A DNA stretch of 64,000 bases. Origin: Octopus sinensis. Its lineage: Eukaryota. The translations under genes were made by a program, and so were the position numbers. This document shows positions 55,344 to 64,000 of this stretch, piece by piece. The stretch lies in contig NC_042997.1 in assembly GCF_006345805.1 (NCBI RefSeq), positions 192,448,001 through 192,512,000 on the forward strand, in the 5' to 3' direction. The first letter of the stretch is position 1. Each line of letters opens with the position of its first letter. Under the pieces are notes generated by a model, which ran no database searches, was not told where the DNA came from, and worked only from the letters and a program-made list of their open reading frames with translations.

Positions 55344-56778
55344 GATCCAAGGATCAGTACAAGTATCAGTTGAACACTGGGGTCAATGTTATCGACTCGT
55401 CCCCTCCCCTAAAATTGCTGCCCCTGTGGAAAAATTTTAAACCATTACCATTATTACTTTGTCTTACAAATTATTTGGTGACTACTAGTGCTGGTACTAT
55501 GATAAAGCTCCTGGTACACTCCGTAAAATGGTTGGCATTAGGAAGGACATCCAGCTGCAGAAACCAGACAAAGGAGTTCAACCCTGTTGAACAATCCAAC
55601 CCATGTCTGCATGGAAAACAGATGAAGGATTGCAATGGTGTTGATGCACAACTTTTTTTTTCTGCAACAGGTGACTGGCAACTGCTCAGGAGGAATGTTA
55701 TCTGCATCAATCTCACCTGTCACAGAGTCTACAACAACTGCAGACACAGCCTTTCTTAACTACACCAATAAACTGAAAAAATATATAAAATATAGGGTTG
55801 GTTCTTTCCAGTTTTCTAATTAACACAAGATTAAATCTCACTTTTTGAGTAATAGTCTGGCATTATAGATTAAAGGTAATTCTGTTGTGTTGATTTAAGA
55901 CAGTTTTGACAGAGCATACTAAGTGCAAACACTTTCCAATTGCAATCATCCATTTGTTTTTTAGGTATAGTGTATATCAAACTACATTATCTGTTGCTGT
56001 TTGTTGAGTGAAGCGGTCTTCGTCCCAGCTGTAGTAGAAGTCCATAACGTGGTCCTTTGCTATTCATAAGACCCACAGAAAAGAAAGCAGGCCAACCCCT
56101 GACACCGAGAGCATCAACGGATGGATGAATGCGCATCCAGGCTCAGCAGTTGCGTAGGAAGTCGGGGACAAGAAACAGGAAGAAAGAGTGAGAAAGTTGG
56201 AGCGAAAGAGTACAATAGGGGTTGCCAACACCCCCTGCTGGAGCCTCATGGAGCTTTAGGTGTTTACGCTCAATAAACACACACAACACCCCTTCTGGGA
56301 ATCGAAATCGTGATCCTCCAACTGCAAGTCTGCTGCCCTAACCATTGGGCCATTGCACCTCCACTATCTGTTGCTGTTTCCTTAGGATCACTAATTAAAC
56401 GTTCATCACATCACCTTATTTCATTTGACTGTTCAGAATTGCAGATCATCAGCCAAATAGACTCTGATAGCCTGTTATTAACAGAGGGCCATAGCCGTAT
56501 GGTAAGAAGTGTATTTCCCAACAACATGGTCTTCGGTTCAGTTCCATTGCCTAGCACCTTAGGAAAGTGTTGTCTTCTATAACCCTGGGCTGACCAAAGC
56601 CTTGTGAGTGATTCTTGGTAGACAAATTGAAAGAAGCCTATGATATACATACATATATATATATATATATATGTATACACACACACACAAATAAAAATAT
56701 ATATACATATAAGAATTTTTTGCGTAATGAGATAAAAAAAACCAAGGCTGTGTAGATATTAGAACATTTATAGATAGG

Positions 56779-56828
56779 TCTTATAGCTGTTTCCAGGATA
56801 TTTATTAATTATATCCCTTCATCAGAGA
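56779..56828 (-). ncRNA. Minimal hammerhead-like motif (canonical core, helix III damaged)
   Basis: TCT-CTGATGA-A-GGGATATaattaataaATATCCT-G-GAAAC-AGCT-ATA-AGA; one change from the palindrome ACAGCTGT with a GUA site. Confidence 0.6.
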
Positions 56829-57084
56829 TGGTGTGAGAGGATGGTTAAGTAATAGTTAGTTTAGATGTGATACAAAATAGAGAGTGAGGTGGAGGAAGGA
56901 AAATAGATGTGAGATATGTAGGGATATTGAATTTGTAGACACATTTTTTAGGCAGAAGGGTATATATGTAAGATTCCAATACCTTATTAAAAAAAAAAAT
57001 CCAACAGCATTAAAATTGTTCATTCCAAACATATATATCACAGCTGCATCCTTGTTAAATGAGAAAAGCCATTGCCAAGAAGAC

Positions 57085-57600
57085 TTACTGAAATGATTCA
57101 TGATTGTTGCCATGTGATGCCCTTATATGACTTTTAAGCCCAGCCAAGCTTTTACACATTTTATTACATACTAGACAACTGTGCTGGCTGGTAGGGGAAA
57201 CAGGTGCCACCATATGCACTCTCTTAACATGTCCTTTTTTGACCTCCAACTGAAAGGCACACCCTTCCACATTTTACATGTTCTGTTGTGAATTTTAATA
57301 GCCACATCATTGTTTATCATGGGTCGATTTCTGTGAGAATTTTGATGGTCCACCAGGCCTGCACGACTTAAACATCTCTGCCCACAAACCATACACATAA
57401 AAAGCAACACTTTCTCACTTTCCACAAGTTCCCTCCTTCAAAACCCCCTCCTAATTCTCTTATACCTTACTCTCTCCCTCTCAATCCTTGTACAACCATC
57501 ATGCACTCTCTTCCTCCCTCTCCCAATTACCAGCTGCAATTCTTGTCTGTATTAGAGCATTTTTAAGGCAATCCTTAAACCTTAGTTTAGGCTGGTCTCC
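57085..57600 (-). mobile_element. RTE-type LINE ORF2 C-terminus carrying three C2H2 zinc fingers
   Basis: PKLRFKDCLKNAL..NWE (RTE C-terminal motif), then CMVCGQRCLSRAGLVDHQNSH, CKM(C)GRVCLSVGGQKGHVKRVH (needs one frameshift) and CLVCNKMCKSLAGLKSHIRASH. Confidence 0.8.
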
Positions 57601-58221
57601 TGATATATATACACATATATATTATATACATATACACACACACCACATATATATATATAAGATAGATAGATAGATTCAGATGAATATGGTACTTGAGTTG
57701 AGGCACCAGAATTTAGTACAGTATCATCCATACAATTTCAAAGTAAGATGATTAAAATCAAAATAAGCAACTAGGATATCCAGAGGTAATGCAGTACGAT
57801 CGTTTCATGCAACTCCATTTAATTGAACAATGCAACCATTACATCAATTTAAAATGCAGAGCAATCTTCAGCTGCACAAAGACATAGAATTTAATTAAAT
57901 TAGAATAGATGGACACATTAATCTAATTATACCTAAAATCTCCAAGGAGTTAAGGAGATAGGCAAAAATAACTGAACTATTATTAATTTCTATAATTATA
58001 TATTTTGTATATTTCTATATGAATATATTATAATCATAACACCACTACACAACATGCTGATGTGGAATACACGGTATATTTTCTCCATATTAAAATGCAC
58101 GTAATGCTAAAGGGTGTGTACCTGATTGATTTGGAAATTCATTTTCCCACATTATGCAAATATATATACATACATACATATATATATATACATGTATATA
58201 TACATATATACATGTATATAA

Positions 58222-58252
<31 letters not shown>

Positions 58253-58255
58253 TAC

Positions 58256-58296
<41 letters not shown>

Positions 58297-59037
58297 TAGG
58301 AGTGGCTGTGTGGTAAGTAGCTTGCTTACCAACCACATGGTTCCAGATTCAGTCCCACTGCGTGGCACCTTGGGCAAGCGTCTTCTACTATAGCCTTGGG
58401 CTGACCAAAGCCTTGTGAGTGGATTTTGTAGATGGAAACTGAAAGAAGCCCGTCATATATATGTATATATATACATATATATATATATGTACGTGTTTGT
58501 ATATGTTTGTGTGTCTGTGTTTGTCCCCCCGACATCGCTTGACAACCGATGCTGGTGTGTTTACATCCCCATAACTTAGTGGTTCAGCAAAAGAGACCGC
58601 TAGAATAAGTCCTAGGGTCAATTTGCTCGACTAAAGGCAGTGCTCCAGCATGGCCACAATCAAATGACTGAAACAAGTAAAGAATATACATATATATATA
58701 CATACACATATATATACATATATATATATAACAGAATAATATTTAAACATATGCATATGTACATACATACCTGCATCTATATGTATATATACATGCATAT
58801 ATGGGTACATGACACCAAAAAAAAACGATGAAAACAATGAGAAATGAAAACATATAAACAAAAACATGGAAACGGACTTTTTTTCAAACAACGAAAAAAC
58901 AAAGTACCAGAGTACAAGACATACAACACAAGGAATATTCCCCTTCTTCAGTTGTCCCTGTTTTGTCTACTCCACATTTCCAAGGTAAGGACAAGACGCG
59001 ACTTTGTTGATACAGTCCTAACACTCACACACACCCC

Positions 59038-59087
<50 letters not shown>

Positions 59088-59369
59088 TACATATACATAT
59101 GTATACATATATGTGTGTGTGTGTTACTGTTTCTCTGCCTTGACTTCTTTTGATTGTTGTAAATGAATATCACCATCATACAAGTAGTGTCATTAGTTTC
59201 AAATCTTCCCTGAAAATATATCTGGTCATGGGGAAACATCCTCTAAGTCAGAAATAGCTGAGGGTTGGCGACAGGAAGGGAATCTGTCTGTAGAAAATCC
59301 CCCTTCAACAAATTCCATTCAACCCCTACAAGCTTAAAAATGTGGGCTACAAAAAATGATGCCCTGATA

Positions 59370-60595
59370 TCTGTCATATTAACAATGAGATGCGATATAA
59401 GTCAAGCGTAATTCTCGTTCTCATTAGTTTGTTGTTATCGAAAGTTCTCATAACTTTGGATTGATTGGAAGTCATCGGCTTGATATTGGTGTGTCTTCTC
59501 TTTGTTTTCATTTATACCAAAGTCTAAAGCCAGTTAATTACTCATTTCAAAGTATCTATGGCTTTAATTCCTTCCACATTTATCCAGCTATAGCAGTGCC
59601 TGTTCAGGTTGAAAATCAAAGTTAATAATGAATTAATGAGATTACAGCAGCCGGGAATAGTCATCCCTTACCCCCACCATGTTCAAACGAAGATGTTAAG
59701 AATATAACACCTGTTGGCTGAGCATGTTAAAAGCAGCTTGTATGTATGCACAGACTACAAAGTACATCTAAATAATTGTATAGAGACATTCAAGTATCTG
59801 GTTCTGAATGTAGAAATTACATTTATAAAGCTTTACAGTAAGACTTGTATATTGTCCGTTTGTTGGTAAATGGAACTTGATGGACAGAGCAAAGATATAT
59901 CTATTATTAATACCGACCCTGGCTTAACACAGTTTTTCAACACTGCATAGGACAATTTATAGAATGAGTTATTGGAATGTTGGTCTTTCAAAAAAGATAT
60001 GCTTGTATACGTTGCGACACTATGAAAAATTCGGAAAATAAAAAAAATGTGTTATGGAATGTCTGTGATGTGCAAATGTTACTTTTTAATGGCAATAAAA
60101 ATATTTGTCGTGTTGCAGAAATGGAATTTTGGTCTTAGTGCCGATGAAATTAAGCCTTCATTATGACTAATTAACAGGATTAATGGCTTTAAAACACTCA
60201 ACTAATAAAATGACGTCTGACAGTTTTTAGGATTTGTCAATCTGTACAGGCTTTTTATTGCCGCATTAACCAAGCTGGATTTTTTTTGAAAGCAAAACAC
60301 AATTGATTCACTTGCATGGAATAAGATAATGCCTTCATCCTGTTAAAGAATGAACTAATATCCAAGTTTGTTCTTAATAAAGATGAGTTTCTAACTCTAA
60401 TGACTTATGCCTGCCGTATTTGGTTGCTGGAATATCTCGAAAGGGACAATCATAATCTCACTTCAAAGAAAGGTATCCACCATTGTATGGCTTGTTCACT
60501 CACTCTGGCGCTTTCTTGAAAATATCTTTAGACTAGAGAATTAACATAAACCCTTGAAGTACTAATTCTCTGGGCATTATCCTCGTCACAATTTG
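59370..60595 (+). mobile_element. Ty3/Gypsy LTR-retrotransposon pol fragment (RT to RNase H), old and decayed
   Basis: VNNELMRLQQPGI, YVCTDYKVHLNNCI, MELDGQSKDISIINT, LVFQKDMLVY (YxDD position), QFLGFVNLY and AFILLKNEL, across many frameshifts. Confidence 0.8.
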
Positions 60596-60826
60596 ATTTT
60601 GTTACTCCCTTTTACTTGTTTCAGTCATTTGACTGCAGTCATGCTGGAGCACTGCCTTTAGTCGAGCAAATCCCCTTTGTAAATCCGGCTTAGTAAATCC
60701 CTTTGTAAGCCTAGTACTTATTCTATCAGTCTCTCTTGCCGAACCGCTAAGTGACAGGGACATAAACACACTAGCATCGGTTGTCAAGCAATGCTAGGGG
60801 GACAAACACAGATACACAAACATATG

Positions 60827-60858
<32 letters not shown>

Positions 60859-61442
60859 CACGATGGGCTTCTTTCAGTTTCTGTCTACTAAATCCACTCA
60901 CAAGGCTTTGGTCGGCCCAAGGCTATAGTAGAAGACACTTGCCCAAGGTGCCATGCAGTGGGAATGAACCCGGAACCATGTGATTGGTAAACAAGCTGCT
61001 TACCACACAGCCACTCCTGTGCCTAACAAGCATTTTAACAAATATTTTAAAGGAAAGTAACTTCTTCCTGTTGTTGCTTTATCCAAATTATTCATTTCGA
61101 ATATTGATGATGAGCATAATAAACTTATATTCTCTGTTGTAGATAATAAGATTAAAAGGGATCATGATGATCCAAATGTTACAACTAATAATCGTGTAAG
61201 AAATTACTTCAACTTTTCTCTCTCTTATTCTTTTACTTGTTTCAGTCATTTTGACTGCGGCCATGTTGGAGCACCAGCTTTTTAGTCGAGCAAATCGACC
61301 CCAGGACTTATTCTTTGTAAGCCTAGTACTTATTCTATCGGTCTCTTTTGCCAAACCGCTAAGTTACAGGGATGTAAACACACCAGCATTGGTTGTCAAG
61401 AGATGTTGGGGGGACAAACACAGACACACAAACATAGACACA

Positions 61443-61508
<66 letters not shown>

Positions 61509-62382
61509 TATATATATACACGATGGGCTTCTTTCAGTTTCTGTCTACCAAATCCACTCACAAGACTTTGGTTGGCCCGAGGCTATATTAGAAGACACTT
61601 GCCCAAGGTGTCATGCAGTGGGACTGAACCCAGAACCATGTGGTTGGTAAGCAAGCTACTTACCACACAGCCACTTTTGCACCTATCCACAACAATAATT
61701 ACACTCCTGTGATCCACAATGAATTCAAAACTTTGGACACCATTAAAACTGTTGAACTGGTAGCTACCTAAGATAGTCCTGAACACGTGCAAGCATGCAA
61801 AAGGTGCGTACAGCTTTAACAACACAAACGTAATAGTGATATCATTATGGTTAGATGATGTATAAATTGTATGTATTAGAAAAAAGATTTCAAGAACTAT
61901 TAAAAAACTGAGAAACTAGGTAATACAAACAGTATAAAATATTCAAAATGCAGTAAAATTATTGTGTAAGATATTAATGTACATTAATTATTATTACTAT
62001 CAATATCAAAAGCCAATAGTGATATCAGTTAGTTAAAACAACATTATTTTCATTTTGTTTCCCTTTATTTTCTTCTTATCACAAAGACTGCTGCACACTT
62101 GAGGCTATCGGAGCACTTCTAGGTTAATGACAAACAGATGTTGATGTTCACTGTCTCCGTCTAAAACAAGACTTTCACCACCCTAATTCAATCTGTTAAC
62201 AGTTCTAACCATGGCATTCGTTATCATCTGATAGAAAGAATCAATGTTATTCATGAGTCAAATCCTTTTATTATTATTATCATTATTATTAATAGAAATA
62301 TTAAAATAACTAAGTCACCGAAACTAGGTAAATAAAACCATCGAACAGAGATTGTCGGAAGCGACACCTACTGGCTGGCTAC

Positions 62383-62424
62383 GCTGCATTGAAAAGGGGC
62401 AATACTCCGAAACGCGTCTGTAGC
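62383..62424 (+). ncRNA. Minimal type-I hammerhead motif with compensatory U3:A8 core and GUC site
   Basis: GCTGCA-TTGAAAA-GGGGcaataCTCC-GAAAC-GC-GTC-TGTAGC; palindromic helix III ACGCGT; helix I extends to 62364-62441. Confidence 0.8.
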
Positions 62425-64000
62425 TGCCGGTCAAGTAGTGTGGAGCGACTGACCTCCCTTGTTCGAAGGTTATATGGATACAGTTTGTGTATCAAATAGC
62501 TAACTTAAGGCGATGGCCTCATGGAGCTAATAAGCGGACAGCTTTTTTCTTATTTTTATAAGAATGCCATATTAGTATGGCGATAACTATTATTATCATT
62601 ATTATTATTATTGACTTGAGTTACTCAACACACACTGATCGAAATTCTCCGCCATCTTTAATCCAAGTAATACTTCTTCCAGCCTGAATAATATATTTAG
62701 CTTCAGTAAGACATTTCATAAAATGCTTTTGATACTAGACAGTTTCCTCAGTGTCAACAAATAGATTAATTCCAGTACAATGTGGTCACCCGATAATTTT
62801 TCTGCACAAGGTAATCTAATTTGCAACCAGATGAAGCTGTGTGATGATTGAACAACATTTTAAAGAGAAACTGTATAAGGGACGTTTTACTGTCCTGTAC
62901 CACCCTTTCAGCAAAGACATTTGAGAAATGTTCATAAACTGTGAATTTCTAGGTAATTTTTTGCGCCTTCATTCGTCTCAACAAACATTGAAAAAGGCAT
63001 TATTCACACAATGGTGGCCTTATGTAAACAGAGGTATTCATCATTTGCCAGAACACTCCTTTAAAAGTTAGCGGTTCAGCAAAAGGGACCAATAGAATAA
63101 GTACTAGGCTTACAAAGAATAAGTCCTGGGGTCAATTTCCTTGACTAAAGGCAGTGCTGCAGCATGGCCACAGTCAAATGACTGAAACAAGTAAAAGAGT
63201 AAAAGATCTATATAATTATCATAAATAATGTAAATAATTATCATAAATGTAACAATTCACAAAGGGTATCACACTTGGCTACTTTTACACCATCCATCTT
63301 TTACTGGATGGTTCCATACAATAACATCATGCACCCAGATTGATATTTCAGTCTTTAATTAATGTTAAAGAGCAGGTGGCTCGCTCGCAAGAAAGTTTCT
63401 AAAAACACTTGAAGAAATCTGGCCACCCAGGTCTTGTCGAGGCATAGGCAACCACTGTAAACAGTGTCTTTGTTGTTGTTCACATCCAACAAAACTACCC
63501 GGAGATGTTGGATCCAAGAAGGTTGTCTGTACCTCGATATCCAAACCCTTCAAAAATAACGTTGTCACCATGTCCCCCGATCTGGGCGACTAAAAGATGT
63601 GTCCACTCGGTCACGTTGATGGTTGTTACAACAACAATTTGCTCTTAAAAAAGGATCTGAACTGTATAACTTGTCGTGTTCTCTTGCTATAAAATATATT
63701 AAAATATATTCGATATATATATTCTTTTTTTCTTTTACACTTCAAAAAGAAACAAGATTCTCACTCTAATTGATCAATTGCAAAAGATCAATAAACTTGT
63801 TAATAATACGACAATGATATTTTCAAGTTGGATCTTGTCTAATGATTCAGTTCAAAGAAACCTCGTCCGGCTTGAATTAGCCTTCAAATCACTTCAATCT
63901 TAAAAGAAATAGATACACATTGGATAATCTCCTATCTTCTTAAAGGAAAAATATATAAGATAAAGTAGTCTGGGGTACTTGTTTGTTTGTCTACTTATCC

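Noticed and set aside
58935-59000. CTGAAGAAGGGG on the minus strand, hammerhead-like
   Set aside because: No GAAA after helix II and no pairing helix I in any topology I could build
62640-62660. AAGATGGCGG (YY1/start-like) on the minus strand
   Set aside because: Followed by only 15 codons and no good donor; a single short motif is insufficient for a promoter call

Overview
AT-rich eukaryotic genomic DNA, most likely a coleoid cephalopod such as Octopus (inferred from the repeat families, not proven). One protein-coding gene is supported: a + strand homeodomain-containing ceramide synthase (CERS5/6-like, Drosophila schlank-like). I assembled it by hand from 8 GT-AG exons between 19738 and 48894 (783 nt, 260 aa plus stop). 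Its N-terminal exon(s) were not found in the window. None of the long ORFs in the supplied track is a real gene: they are microsatellite or transposon frames. The rest of the window is repeat relics: one Tc1, five mariners, pogo-like and piggyBac-like MITEs, RTE and CR1-type LINE pieces, a Gypsy pol fragment, five SINE families, a tRNA-iMet pseudogene and several foldbacks. The most unusual signal is seven minimal type-I hammerhead-ribozyme-like motifs in unrelated repeat contexts. Two carry the compensatory U3:A8 core (UUGAAAA), and one sits downstream of a tRNA-like head, suggesting a tRNA-headed, hammerhead-bearing SINE. All alignments and family assignments were made by eye and from memory; no searches were run.
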